A DNA stretch of 55,051 bases, counting the filler, from Squatina squatina (Eukaryota): assembly GCA_031763465.1 (NCBI GenBank). It is 3 parts of 3 records of this genome, joined end to end, with 100 filler letters (N's around TTAATTAATTAA, not from the genome) between each part and the next. Parts side by side here need not be neighbours in the genome. Positions count along the whole stretch, not along the records: positions 1 to 18,335 come from JARFOE010000046.1; positions 18,436 to 41,674 come from JARFOE010000013.1; 1 more part is not named here. One strand, written 5' to 3'. The translations under genes were made by a program, and so were the position numbers. This document shows positions 12,901-25,863 of the stretch, in pieces. The notes under the pieces are model-generated. The model had not been told where the DNA came from. It was given only the letters and a program-made list of their open reading frames with translations, and searched no databases. Position 1 is the stretch's first letter. Each line of letters opens with the position of its first letter.

Positions 12901-15900
12901 TAACTAAGAAGCACCATTCATAAAGCGGAGTCATATTGGTAATTATTGTAAAGCCTTTTCTCTATTATAATCTAATACAGCACCTCAACTACCATCAGTA
13001 GTTTCCAACAATTCTGAATTCCCAACACAGTTCTGTAAGCGTTTTGTCTAAAATTGTACATGGCATCAGTTTACATTTGAGGATCCATTTTATTAAGGCG
13101 TAAACGTTTCTCGTCATTTCCATTCATTTCGTTGCTGGATTTGTACTTTCTGAATGGATCAGTTTTACTTAGAATACACAGCATTTTCACCACACATTTT
13201 AAATTTGACTTTGAGACTTTTATTTTGTCCAGTACACAAAACCAAATGTTGAAGAAAAAAAGTCATCCTTTTCATTTATCCAAATTGGTGGTTTTGGGTA
13301 AAGTGGCAGAGTCTCGGTGAGGCCTGCATTGTAAAAAATGTTGCAATTGTGCCAGAAAAAATGGCTGTTGAAAACAGATAAGGTCTGAAAATGGGACTAG
13401 ACATATTCAAACTTACAAAATATAGCTTTTCAGTGCTGCAAGGTATTTTTTGACTGGAGACAGTTTTACAGATCTGTTGTTCCAGAACTTATGACAAGGA
13501 TAAACCAATCATTCCAAGAACACTTAACATGCTCAGTATATCAAAATTCCAAATAGAACATTATACATTTCTCTTTTTATAAGGTTATTTTTATATATTA
13601 GCATACATTAAAATATTTCATGAAAAAGGAAGCAAGATATTACTGGCATAAAATTACAACCATTTCTAGACTGTTTAATGCCACAGAGTCCCCTGGTAAA
13701 ATGTAAAGCTGCACAGCTTGCTTTCATCTCATTACTCAAGAGTAACTATACATTTTACTAACAGGTGTCAATCAAGTATCACTGCAGCATTCTTACAGGT
13801 CAGGAGTAGCAGCAAATGGCAGGAATACAAATGCAATGGTGACAAAGTGCGATTCTAATATTCATAAAATAAAGTGTTATCAATGAACAAGCTATCTTTC
13901 TCTTATTTAGAGAAACACTGAGAAACAAGATCAAACTGCACTTCTACAGGCTGCCAGTAGTATATAGGATGGATGTTAACACTAGAATCTGAAGTCCGAC
14001 AATACCACTCAGCTATCAGCACTTCACTATTAATGAAGTCAGTAATATGTGAAGCACCTTTTTGGACCTATGACCTACCAAAGTGACATAACCTTTCAAT
14101 CCAGTTACTACAGATGCATACACAAAATAAAAGCTAAAACCTAAGTTGGTCTATTTATAACGTCCTAATTGAAAAGCTACAGCAATGAGCAAATAAGATC
14201 AACAGTATTCATATATTTACCTTTTACAATATCTATTTTGGTTACCTAATTGAGAATACAAAAATATATAGCTTTAGAAGTACTTTTTACATCCTATCAA
14301 GTAACATTTATAAATCCGACATGCACATTACTACATTAAATGCAAAAGGTGGCAACTTAGGAATTTTAGTATAGGTAGGCAATATACATTTATACAATTG
14401 TACAAATAGTTAAAATTAAATTTTGGTTATTTGCCTTTGTTTCAAGAGTGTACCACATACATGCTTTGTATTTTTTTAATGTAACAATTGCAAGTCACTA
14501 TATTACACTGAAATGTTAACACAAAACTACATATAAATTACATTCTTTTGCTATGCATCTACATCTGCAGAAGATAAGAGCCCATAAACTCTCAGTAACT
14601 GATTTTCTAGAAGCCTGACAATAGAGTTATANNNNNNNNNNNNNNNNNNNNNNNNNNNNNNNNNNNNNNNNNNNNNNNNNNNNNNNNNNNNNNNNNNNNN
14701 NNNNNNNNNNNNNNNNNNNNNNNNNNNNNNNCCAGAAGATTCATTTCAACCAAACTTTTAACAAACATAATGGTAAAAAAAAACTGGATGGTGTAGATAT
14801 CTGGTTATATTTGTTCAAGACAAACTTTGCACTGGTTTAATGTGAATCCACATTTATTTTAAAATTTATTAAATATTAAACAAAAGGCTATGGCTTTTTT
14901 TTTCCTTCCCCTTTCTTAAGAGTTAAGTAGAAATTCAAACAGTTCCTTCTATCTCACTCTTTCGTGTTTTCCCGTTCTCTAGGTGTTCATCACTATTATC
15001 TGAGTTTGCTGTGCTCTTTTTAGCTTTTTTCATTATAACTGCGATGGAATCACGTATCTGCTTATCCAGACTCTGCTGCACAGAGAAAACAGCCTACTTA
15101 CCAGAACATGCAAAGCGAGAGGGTATGGTGGTTCAGGATTGCTGAGTACAGGCAGATTACTCAGTTTGGTTCCATTTTTGATCAGATAGATCTGATTGCT
15201 GAACTTTTTCTGAACAGTGAAGAAAAGAAGTTTCCAGTTAACAATCACTGCTCAGCTGTGGTGCTCTGCATGATCAACTAGCTTGCCAGTACTCACTGGC
15301 TGGGCTCACACCTGAAGAAAGGTCACTTGTGCAAGGTACCAGGAGATACCCATGACCTGTGGAGTCATATCCTTGCCATGCTAAACTACCTTCAGGAAAG
15401 AAAGGGAGAATATTGGAGGGACAAAAGAAAAGAAAAAAATAGTGGATACCACCAGTGTTGGTATGCTGCAGCTTCACAATCTTTTCAGAGACTTTTTAAT
15501 ATTGACATGTAAATGTGAGAATGAGATAGGAAGCTTAAGGCAGACATTTTGAGCACGAGGCTCCTGGCTGCAGTTCAGGCACACCTACACAATGCAGCAT
15601 TTCTGAAACACTAGTATCATTCATATCATGCAAATTTGCAGGCTGGTCAGACACTCCTGTTCTAAAGACACTTAAAAATGAATCTCATAACTCAGGAACT
15701 GCATGCTTCAAAGTGAAACATATAAATTATAATGTTATAAGTAGTTAAGCACTGTATTGCTGGATTTTTCTTTTATTTTGTGTTGTCACTTGGACTTGTA
15801 CTAGTTTTACAGAAGTCAATTGAAAAGAGGGATTTAGATTATAAAGGTAAAATATTGCTCTAATGTAATTTATTACTTTTTAAAATGATCAACATTAAGA

Positions 15901-16816
15901 TTATTTTGAGGTGCTCCTTTTATTGTTTCTACTAAATAATGAGAGCTGACGATATAATTTCAAAGTGGCTCATGACAGTTATGTTGAGTCCAATGGGAAA
16001 TAAATTATCAATAGAAATAGTCATTAACCCATTGTGGTTCAGCTTCAAGCATATGCGTTAATTAACACCCCTTGTACAGTTATTCACTCAGTGACCCTTA
16101 CAATAACAGTTCCCTTGCTGAGTTCATCAACTCTTAATTTAAAAAAAAAACATACTAACGTTAACGTCAGGTCACGGGAAAGATGCTCATTCCACACAGG
16201 AAGGAATGTTTCATTTTTAAATCCATAAAATTTACCCACTGTACATCCATTATACCTTACATCTTTACTTTCATTTTAAATACAAGGCACAAAGAATATT
16301 ACTCCCTTCTCAAACTTAAATACTTATGCAATGTCTGGAAAAGGCCATGTAATTTACTATATGAACTATTTAACGCATACTTAATGTTACAAGAATATAT
16401 ATATACAAAAGGAATATATAGTAATGGTGTTAATGGAAAAAAATCAGCAACAGCTGTTAACGTGAAAAAGAACTACAAACTAATTTTTTTGATTTCTTGA
16501 TTCAACCACTGCATCCATGTTTCTACTGAAACTTAACATAAGTTTCCAACGACATTTTAGAACACATCAATCCCAAGGTCATTTCAAATCGTAGGTAAGT
16601 GAAATTTACCTCGCAGTACCTGAGCACACATACTTAACTTAATGAGCATTCCTTATACAGTACTCTAATGTGTCAACATGAGTTTTCCCCCTTTTTTAAA
16701 AAGCAGGTCTAACACAACTAACAAAATGTCACTTGCTATAATGAATCAAACATTTATCACAGAAATGGCAGACATGTAACTATAGGCTGAAGCTGTTTGT
16801 GACAGAAGGTGGCACA
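9995..16816 (-). other. CREBRF: Probable long CREBRF 3'UTR (contains two gaps)
   Basis: AU-rich, nearly transposon-free tract directly after the CREBRF stop and ending at a canonical poly(A) signal. Mammalian CREBRF also has a multi-kb 3'UTR. Confidence 0.55.
10012..10017 (-). terminator. Candidate distal CREBRF polyadenylation signal
   Basis: AATAAA on the minus strand followed by a GU/U-rich downstream element (AATGTGTCCTGTACTTATTTTGTTTG), at the end of a long AU-rich tract. Confidence 0.55.
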
Positions 16817-16932
16817 TTACACTTTTGATGTAGGTACTCGAAGACCTTCAAGACCACCTGCTGGGTCCCCTTCTCCTGTCTTTTCCAACACTTGATTGAC
16901 AAAGTCAGATGTTTGTCCAGCTACCGTTGTCC
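16817..16932 (-). CDS. CREBRF: CREBRF (CREB3 regulatory factor) last coding exon
   Basis: Acceptor TTTGATAG|. Encodes (G)TTVAGQTSDFVNQVLEKTGEGDPAGGLEGLRVPTSKV*, closely matching the CREBRF C-terminus. Too short for the ORF track. Confidence 0.93.
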
Positions 16933-18157
16933 CTATCAAAAAAGGATAAATAGAAGAAAAACTGAAGATCTGGCTACTAATTAAAAATAAAATCATTTAT
17001 AATCTTAACTGTTACCTCTATTACTTTTACTACTGTACTGGGCACTGTGTGTCTATGTTACCAAAGCAAGCTGGTCAGTTGTCAGTTATTAATTTCTTTT
17101 ATTAAGAAATGTAACACAGGAGTGTGGCACGTATTAATTCAACTCTAATTAAACCTAACCATGATTAAGTCAGTTGACTGTGGCTCATCAGAAGCCATGA
17201 GGAAAATGATTAATAGTTTATTTCAGGACTAATTTATGACGATAGAGTACGGAGACTTTGGTCTGTACCTGTGATTTGACACTTATTGATGTTGGTTGCA
17301 CAAGTGCAGGAAGGAATGACCAGGAGCTTCCCCATAGGGAAAAGGGGGTTCAGTTGTCATTAAGCTGCTCTCATATACTTCTGGGTAGCTGAAGCAAGAG
17401 CAGCCTTAGTCAGGGGCCTGAACCCAGATCATAATATGGTCTGCAGATAGTGCATGGCCTGGGTATCATGAGAAGGAAAAGATTCAACAAAAAGTATACA
17501 ATCACTGCAAAAAAAAACCCACCCCCTTGTTGAATCTCTCTGATCTTTCTTATACAATTTTTAAACTCTGTTCCTCCTGACATGTTGCCGAGAAAAGTTT
17601 GGTGCAGTCAGACAAAGCAGATTTAAAACTAGGAGAGGTTATTCTATGATCTCCTGTTTGGTGAGAATGTTCTATTCTCTGCAGTAGGAACAGTTCACTC
17701 AGGATGCTACCATTTTATAAGATTCGCTGACATACTTTGCACGTGGAACTAATTTAATTACCCATCCCAGCATCCCTGACAAACCAAGTTCCACAAAGGA
17801 ATATGTTGAGATTATTCCTCATTCCCCATCAGTCGCAACACTCTTTTGTGAGGAGAATAATAGAAAGTATCAAGCATCACAAGAACATAGAGGACTGCAC
17901 AAAAATACAAATAAATACATAAATGAGTGGCAGTCTAAAGATTAATTGTGTTTTCCCCTTTCCAAATAATAATTATGTATTTCAAATCTGTTGTGTAATC
18001 TTGAGAACAATCCGCCAGATAAATATTTTAAGGTGTCCCTAATTTGCTGTTGCTTCTATTTGGGTTAACATCTTTCAAGATTTAAAGAAATACAGTTGGT
18101 ATCAATTTGAATGTTAATTGTTTTAGTGGAGCACCTTACCAAAGTTAAAGATGCTTT

Positions 18158-18335
18158 GGTGGGGTAGTGTTGTTAGTAAAGGTGGAAATCAATGCAATAG
18201 TGAGGAAGGATATTGGCTCAGAAAATCATGAATCTGTATGGGTGGAGCTAAGAAACACCAAGAGGCAGAAAACATTGGTGGGGGTTGGATATAGACCCCC
18301 AAACAGTAGTGGTGATGTAGGAGATGGCATTAAAC
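18158..18335 (+). mobile_element. CR1 LINE ORF2 AP-endonuclease fragment
   Basis: GGVVLLVKVEINAIVRKDIGSENHESVWVELRNTKRQKTLVGVGYRPPNS: ESVWVEL and YRPP motifs of CR1 APE. Truncated at the linker. Confidence 0.85.
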
Positions 18336-18435
18336 NNNNNNNNNNNNNNNNNNNNNNNNNNNNNNNNNNNNNNNNNNNNTTAATTAATTAANNNNNNNNN
18401 NNNNNNNNNNNNNNNNNNNNNNNNNNNNNNNNNNN
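18336..18435. other. Artificial scaffold-concatenation linker
   Basis: 44 N + TTAATTAATTAA (18380-18391, palindromic, stops in all six frames) + 44 N = 100 nt. Gene neighbourhood changes across it. Confidence 0.95.
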
Positions 18436-18520
18436 ACTGAGCTCTGGAACTATAACACTGGTGTGCAGATGGGATGCTGGGGACTTGTTATTTATGCTGT
18501 TACTGCTGCCATCTGTTCAG
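18436..18520 (+). CDS. SLC45A4: SLC45A4 coding exon (5'-truncated)
   Basis: TELWNYNTGVQMGCWGLVIYAVTAAICS followed by donor CAG|GTTGGT. Phase 1 joins the next exon (G|CC = Ala). Confidence 0.88.
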
Positions 18521-20351
18521 GTTGGTATTGAGGCTAACTGTGTAATTAGACTGCTGTAGTCTTGAGTAAAATGCTTGCGCTGTAGGTGAAAGGCCACAAG
18601 GCAACAATATGCAGGTCATGAATGGAGATTAGCTGTTGTATCCTTTAGAATTGACACAATGATACCCAAATGTTTTCATAACTGTATGGTAGACTGTCCC
18701 TTTGTCGGTGTTATGCTGCTTTTGGGAGCCATATAAAATGTGTGTTTTGTTGAAGAGGATGTTTTAATGTGGCAATGAACAAGGAGGTATTGTTTTTAGC
18801 ACAGCAGGGAGCAATTTGGCACAAGGAACAGCCAAGTACTAAAACCTCTGTAAATGCACTCCTCTAATTCATTACCATTCATGTGTGTTTTTATACAGTT
18901 TCTGAATTCAGTTAGTCTGATTCTCTTTACAGCAATAACTCTGCAGAATAATGAGGGGTTTGAAGACTAAATGAAATTCTAGATTGATGGGACGGGTGTA
19001 TAAAATGCTTCTAAGATAGCCAGGGCGTCTCTTGCCTATAATTTAATCGTAGCTTATTTGGTTTCTCAAAAGTGTCTCTGAGAAGCTGCTGAACTTTCCA
19101 ATTGAGTAAGATGTTTTGGAGACAGTATATTGGACAAAAGTTNNNNNNNNNNNNNNNNNNNNNNNNNNNNNNNNNNNNNNNNNNNNNNNNNNNNNNNNNN
19201 NNNNNNNNNNNNNNNNNNNNNNNNNNNNNNNNNNNNNNNNNNNNNNNNNNNNNNNNNNNNNNNNNNNNNNNNNNNNNNNNNNNNNNNNNNNNNNNNNNNN
19301 NNNNNNNNNNNNNNNNNNNNNNNNNNNNNNNNNNNNNNNNNNNNNNNNNNNNNNNNNNNNNNNNNNNNNNNNNNNNNNNNNNNNNNNNNNNNNNNNNNNN
19401 NNNNNNNNNNNNNNNNNNNNNNNNNNNNNNNNNNNNNNNNNNNNNNNNNNNNNNNNNNNNNNNNNNNNNNNNNNNNNNNNNNNNNNNNNNNNNNNNNNNN
19501 NNNNNNNNNNNNNNNNNNNNNNNNNNNNNNNNNNNNNNNNNNNNNNNNNNNNNNNNNNNNNNNNNNNNNNNNNNNNNNNNNNNNNNNNNNNNNNNNNNNN
19601 NNNNNNNNNNNNNNNNNNNNNNNNNNNNNNNNNNNNNNNNNNNNNNNNNNNNNNNNNNNNNNNNNNNNNNNNNNNNNNNNNNNNNNNNNNNNNNNNNNNN
19701 NNNNNNNNNNNNNNNNNNNNNNNNNNNNNNNNNNNNNNNNNNNNNNNNNNNNNNNNNNNNNNNNNNNNNNNNNNNNNNNNNNNNNNNNNNNNNNNNNNNN
19801 NNNNNNNNNNNNNNNNNNNNNNNNNNNNNNNNNNNNNNNNNNNNNNNNNNNNNNNNNNNNNNNNNNNNNNNNNNNNNNNNNNNNNNNNNNNNNNNNNNNN
19901 NNNNNNNNNNNNNNNNNNNNNNNNNNNNNNNNNNNNNNNNNNNNNNNNNNNNNNNNNNNNNNNNNNNNNNNNNNNNNNNNNNNNNNNNNNNNNNNNNNNN
20001 NNNNNNNNNNNNNNNNNNNNNNNNNNNNNNNNNNNNNNNNNNNNNNNNNNNNNNNNNNNNNNNNNNNNNNNNNNNNNNNNNNNNNNNNNNNNNNNNNNNN
20101 NNNNNNNNNNNNNNNNNNNNNNGTGTACAAGTCAGGAGAGAGCACTTTACGTGAGCTCAGGTATTGTCAGCACATTGGACTAAAAGAAACTAAATTATTA
20201 ACTGGGAAAATAGCGGATTAATTTCAGATATTGGCAGCTGTTGATTAAAATCCATTAATTCCGCTTAATTTTACAACAGTAATCAATAGTATCTCATCAA
20301 ATTACTGATTTTTGTTTTTTAAACTTCAGTTATTTTTCTTTCTCCTGGCAG

Positions 20352-20563
20352 CCATTTTACAGAAGTACCTGGACAACTACGATTTGAGCATTAAAGTTAT
20401 TTACATATTGGGAACACTGGGGTTTTCAATTGGTACTGCAGTGATGGCTATTTTTCCCAATGTTTACGTGTCGATGATAATGATCAGTACAATGGGAATC
20501 GTGTCCATGAGTATCTCGTACTGTCCCTATGCTCTTCTTGGACAATACCATGAAATGAAAACG
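20352..20563 (+). CDS. SLC45A4: SLC45A4 penultimate coding exon
   Basis: Acceptor ...CTCCTGGCAG|, donor ACG|GTAAGC. ILQKYLDNYDLSIKVIYILGTLGFSIGTAVMAIFPNVYV...YCPYALLGQYHEMKT, MFS transmembrane helices of SLC45A4. Confidence 0.93.
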
Positions 20564-20764
20564 GTAAGCAGCATGTTTGAGGTTTCCGTTTGTTGCCACA
20601 GTTTTAAAATTGCAGTGCTTGGTCGCAGAGCATCTTTCTAAAATGATGTAGACTAAAGGTGGTATCCAAATTACAGTATCACTTATCTGTAGTTAATTAC
20701 TTTTGAGAAAAGATGGTCCCCTATTCTAGCAATGTCAATTTTGCATTCCTGATGCTGTGCTGTA

Positions 20765-20793
20765 ATAGAAACATAGAAAATAGGTGCAGGAGT
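20765..20793 (-). mobile_element. CR1 LINE 3' tail abutting a gap
   Basis: ATAGAAACATAGAAAATAGGTGCAGGAGT, complementary in type to the CR1 end at 50813-50985. Similar stubs occur at 26341-26360 and 31400-31450. Confidence 0.6.
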
Positions 20794-21325
20794 NNNNNNN
20801 NNNNNNNNNNNNNNNNNNNNNNNNNNNNNNNNNNNNNNNNNNNNNNNNNNNNNNNNNNNNNNNNNNNNNNNNNNNNNNNNNNNNNNNNNNNNNGTTTAGA
20901 ACCCTTGTTTCTGAATTCACTATGTCACTCTCCATCTTATGGAGCACACTTCTCCCATCTCGGTGCACTAAATGGCATAGATTGGGAATGGAACTTTTAA
21001 ATCTGTCACTTAAATGAGCCATGAAAGGCAGACCAATCTTTATGTTGAAGTGTGTGCCACATTTTTAAATATCCAATAACCCACAAATCTAAATTTCTGT
21101 GTGCTTTCAGACAAAAAGACTTGAGTTGCTTTTTTGCTTTGTAAAGCCTTTAGAGAAAAGGCACTCTTATTTCTTGTGAAGCATAGTGGGTTTGAGAGCC
21201 ATTTTAACATGTTTCACTTTGTTCCTAGTTTTTAATTTTATAATGGTGAGCATTGTATGTTTATAAAAGAATGAATCTTCATTATCAAGACTAGTCAATT
21301 TTTTTTTTTTGTTTTGCTTTTGCAG

Positions 21326-21685
21326 TATAGAAATCACAGTCCTGGAAACTCCAAGAGGGGCTTTGGGATAGACTGTGCGATTCTCTCTTGCCAAGTTTAT
21401 ATTTCCCAAATCCTGGTAGCATCAGCGCTGGGCAGCGTGGTAGAAGCAGTTGGTTCAGTTCGAGTCATCCCTATTGTGGCATCCATTGGATCATTTCTTG
21501 GCTTTTTGTCTGCCTTGTTTCTTGTGATATATCCTGGGAATCAGGAGGACCAAGTGGAGGAAGAGAATAAAGGGATTCTTGTGGCATCGTCAGAAAACAG
21601 TGGGAAAAATACCGAGAAGCCGGTTGTTTTGAAGCTGACTCGTAAAGACAACATCTCTGAAGTGGAGATCGAATCGGCCATGTGA
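21326..21685 (+). CDS. SLC45A4: SLC45A4 last coding exon
   Basis: Strong acceptor T-tract...TTGCAG|. YRNHSPGNSKRGFGIDCAILSCQVYISQILVASALG...EKPVVLKLTRK...ESAM*. Confidence 0.94.
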   Translation, partial: YRNHSPGNSKRGFGIDCAILSCQVYISQILVASALGSVVEAVGSVRVIPIVASIGSFLGFLSALFLVIYPGNQEDQVEEENKGILVASSENSGKNTEKPVVLKLTRKDNISEVEIESAM

Positions 21686-24600
21686 ACTGGCACATTAGCA
21701 AAACATTCCAGAAATTGCATGATCAGAAATGCACAACAAATTTCCTGTCCTCCATTGTCTTCTGCGGTCTTAACCCACTTTGCAAAAAAAAAAGCAAAAA
21801 CTAACCACATTAGGTTCTGGTAAAAGCCTGCCCCAGCAGTCTGGTGTTGTGTACTGTGAACTAAAACAATTTCATGAGTAACATTTTTTAATAAGTTTTA
21901 AAAATGAACATTTTCAGAACAAATTTAACATTTTGCTGCTTTAATGTACCAATAGCTAGTGAGGCATCAAGTGAATAGGCAGATTTTTGGTCCATTCAAA
22001 AAAAAAATTGTCTTGATTTACTGCAAACATTTTGTAGCTTGTAGTTATAAAAAAAAAAAAATTTCAATTTTGCAGTAATAATCACTTTCCTTAAGTCACT
22101 TTTAAAAATCCCTATTTATACCATTGCTGGCACTCCTGATTTGAAACTTTAAAAGTCCTGACCTAGCTTAACATAAACAGAATGTTAAAATGGTTATTTG
22201 AAACAGAAAGGTGTCATTGATTTCTTAGTGTGGAAATGTTTGATCAGTATAATCTGAACAACCGATTATTTTCCTAGGCAATTTAATTTTTTTCAAACTC
22301 CATTATGTAATTNNNNNNNNNNNNNNNNNNNNNNNNNNNNNNNNNNNNNNNNNNNNNNNNNNNNNNNNNNNNNNNNNNNNNNNNNNNNNNNNNNNNNNNN
22401 NNNNNNNNNNNNNNNNNNNNNNNNNNNNNNNNNNNNNNNNNNNNNNNNNNNNNNNNNNNNNNNNNNNNNNNNNNNNNNNNNNNNNNNNNNNNNNNNNNNN
22501 NNNNNNNNNNNNNNNNNNNNNNNNNNNNNNNNNNNNNNNNNNNNNNNNNNNNNNNNNNNNNNNNNNNNNNNNNNNNNNNNNNNNNNNNNNNNNNNNNNNN
22601 NNNNNNNNNNNNNNNNNNNNNNNNNNNNNNNNNNNNNNNNNNNNNNNNNNNNNNNNNNNNNNNNNNNNNNNNNNNNNNNNNNNNNNNNNNNNNNNNNNNN
22701 NNNNNNNNNNNNNNNNNNNNNNNNNNNNNNNNNNNNNNNNNNNNNNNNNNNNNNNNNNNNNNNNNNNNNNNNNNNNNNNNNNNNNNNNNNNNNNNNNNNN
22801 NNNNNNNNNNNNNNNNNNNNNNNNNNNNNNNNNNNNNNNNNNNNNNNNNNNNNNNNNNNNNNNNNNNNNNNNNNNNNNNNNNNNNNNNNNNNNNNNNNNN
22901 NNNNNNNNNNNNNNNNNNNNNNNNNNNNNNNNNNNNNNNNNNNNNNNNNNNNNNNNNNNNNNNNNNNNNNNNNNNNNNNNNNNNNNNNNNNNNNNNNNNN
23001 NNNNNNNNNNNNNNNNNNNNNNNNNNNNNNNNNNNNNNNNNNNNNNNNNNNNNNNNNNNNNNNNNNNNNNNNNNNNNNNNNNNNNNNNNNNNNNNNNNNN
23101 NNNNNNNNNNNNNNNNNNNACAAATGGCTTACAAATTCTGATCCTCACTGATTTGTGTAAAAGATCTGCTACCTTCGTGCTAAACTTCCTATACTCTGCT
23201 TTGCTAGGTTGATGGCTGAATTATACATGTTCTAATTATATACTTTTGCTCTTTCGTCCAAGACTGTTTTCATAGCTGCTTTATGATCAGGAGGTACATT
23301 TCTACAGGATGGGACTGGCTCCGCTAGTTTCCCCTCCACAGGGGAAAAACTTCCATCTTTCAGCCTGCGAAAACTGCTTCACCTCTCCCAATGTGGGTTT
23401 CAGAGCTTGAATGTTGTTTGAGACTGCAAATCAGACTTTGAAGCATTAATAATTGGCAGTCCCAGCACTATAGTGCTAGAAATAATAGGATAGCAAATCA
23501 TCTACTATGGAGGGAATTGTTCTAATGCCTGATGCCACCTATAGGACAACTGAGTGCAGCAGCCCAATTAGGGTTGTATTTTATCACTGGATGAAAGTTC
23601 AAGAAACATAATAAAATGCCAGTCTTTTGAAAATTGAGCTGGGGGCCAAAGAAGCCAGAAACTAAATGTGGCCTGGTTTTTAGAGAGACAATTCTGAGGT
23701 GGGTTGAAGTTTGCCTGTTACTATCAAGAAAGGACAGCAAAAATGTGGCATATAATAGTGACATTTCTGTTGCACACAAGCTCTTAATGCTGGAGCGAAA
23801 GAAAACTACTCGTCACAGCCTTGATATTTCCAGAATTAGCCTGGGCCTTACTCAGCTTGGTTTTAAATTGAGAAATCTAATTCAGAATGATTTTCACACC
23901 GATGAGGAAGAAGAAAAAAACTGAGACTAACCACTGAGTTTTTTTTTGTTGCGTGCAGACGAATCAAACAAATGTTGCAATAATTTATCTATCTACCTAC
24001 CTTTGTTGTAAAATAGACTTCTGAATGCATGCAGAAACTGTGCTGTGTCATCACCAGGAAAATAATAATGGCATTGTATGTAACATCTATTCTGAACTCC
24101 ATCAGTAAATCCATTATTAGTACTTGAAGTGTGGATGCAGTGCAAGGACGTATGTATTTGGGACAAAAGCACCATCTTGCCAAAGCAAATAGACATCAAT
24201 AAATGGCAAAGGAAGGGACTTTGCAGGAATTCTATAGTTCAACATGTTGGTCCTGTGTACCATCAAGATGTTGATGACTAAAGCAACACTCTATGAATGT
24301 AGTATGCTTGGTTCTTTGAATGCTAAGGCAATCCAACAGAAAAATTGCACACCATTCTACATCAAGAAAGACTTTTCAACACTTTTTTTCAAATTCCTAT
24401 TTATTTTGCAGTTATATTGTGAATTAATTTTTTTTTGTATTTTAAAATACTACTGAACTTAGCAAACCTGTTCACCCATGGTGAAGTTTATATTTGAGCT
24501 GTTCTGATAAGGTAATTATCCTCAAGAATTTTTATAAAGTTTCAAATTTCCTTTTTATATTTGTATGGGGAAAAAATTTAAATGTAATGGGTCTTTGAGT

Positions 24601-25857
24601 TTCTGAGCTTGTCCAGAATTTTAAATTTGTTGCTAATCCATGCCCAGCAAAAGTGGAACTACTAAGTTAAAACAAAAATGCTAGAATAGACTTGAGGATG
24701 AAAATGATGGGAAAGTGCAGTATTTTAGGAATACTCAGTGCAATTTATAGTACAGCCTGTTCTATGTCAATTGGGGGGGAAAGCTGTTCAATTATAAGTT
24801 TAAGTTTATTTATATTAACAATGACCAGGGCCTAAGGTCTTAATTTGTTTCAATGGTATGACTTGTTNNNNNNNNNNNNNNNNNNNNNNNNNNNNNNNNN
24901 NNNNNNNNNNNNNNNNNNNNNNNNNNNNNNNNNNNNNNNNNNNNNNNNNNNNNNNNNNNNNNNNNNNCAATGGTATGACTTGTTCACTTTATTTAATACA
25001 AAGAATTGTGCTTGTTCACCCCACCTGTAAGATGTGCCCAGTTGACACTGATCAATGTAGAACTTATTTTGTGTGAACAGGTCCCAAATATGATTGTAGT
25101 GTTTTCTGTATGTTCTGCACATTCAGATCAGCAGCTAAAGCAATTGTACTTTTAGCATGTCTTTTTTTTTTATAAATTCTCATAATTGTGGAGAATGGCC
25201 TGGTTCCTTGCCAGTTTCTGTTAAAATGCAGCAAAGATCTTGCATTTGACCCATCCATCAACAAAATGTAACTGCAATATGCCAAAATGACGTGATTGCT
25301 CCAAATTTGCACAGCATGTACGTGGTGTTTCTTTTCAGTATATTTAAGAATTACCAAAATTGTCTAGATTAAGGGATCTATGGTTTTAGGAGGCTAATGT
25401 CACCTTGTAACTATTGAACTGCACTTAGACGGAATGGAGGAGGAAACATCAAATGCCTCCAATTTATACCAATTGTTATATAAAGGCATCTCATTAAATA
25501 TGGTTCCGTAGTGAACTGGCCAAAAGACAACTGCTTTTTTAATCAACTTATTAAGTTGGGGCACTAGTNNNNNNNNNNNNNNNNNNNNNNNNNNNCTTTA
25601 GTTTTTAAAAAGGGATAAAAGCAAAGAATGTTTAAGCTAGAATGATACGAGTGACTTAATGGCATAGACTTTATTTCTATATTTTCAAGCTTTGTTTTGT
25701 TAGAGGAATTTAAAATGAGTCATTGCATGAAACGGTGACTGTTTGACTATGTTCAGCACTTTCCATTTTAACTGTACTCAGTTGATTTTAAAAGAAAATT
25801 AGAAAAGATTCTATTCTTCCATATACAGTGTTTCTCAATATATTCTCTTTCATGAAG

Positions 25858-25863
25858 AATAAA
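25858..25863 (+). terminator. Candidate SLC45A4 polyadenylation signal (implies ~4-kb 3'UTR)
   Basis: AATAAA followed about 20 nt later by TTTTTGTCTGTGTGG, a GU-rich element. Confidence 0.5.

Noticed and set aside
18380-18391. TTAATTAATTAA palindrome as a homeodomain site or piggyBac footprint
   Set aside because: It sits exactly mid-way in a 100-nt N spacer and recurs identically at 41719-41730, so it is a synthetic linker.
1422-23148. Long ORFs made mostly of X (for example 1422-2231, 12002-12781, 19066-20221, 22293-23148)
   Set aside because: They are read-through of N gaps and carry no coding information.
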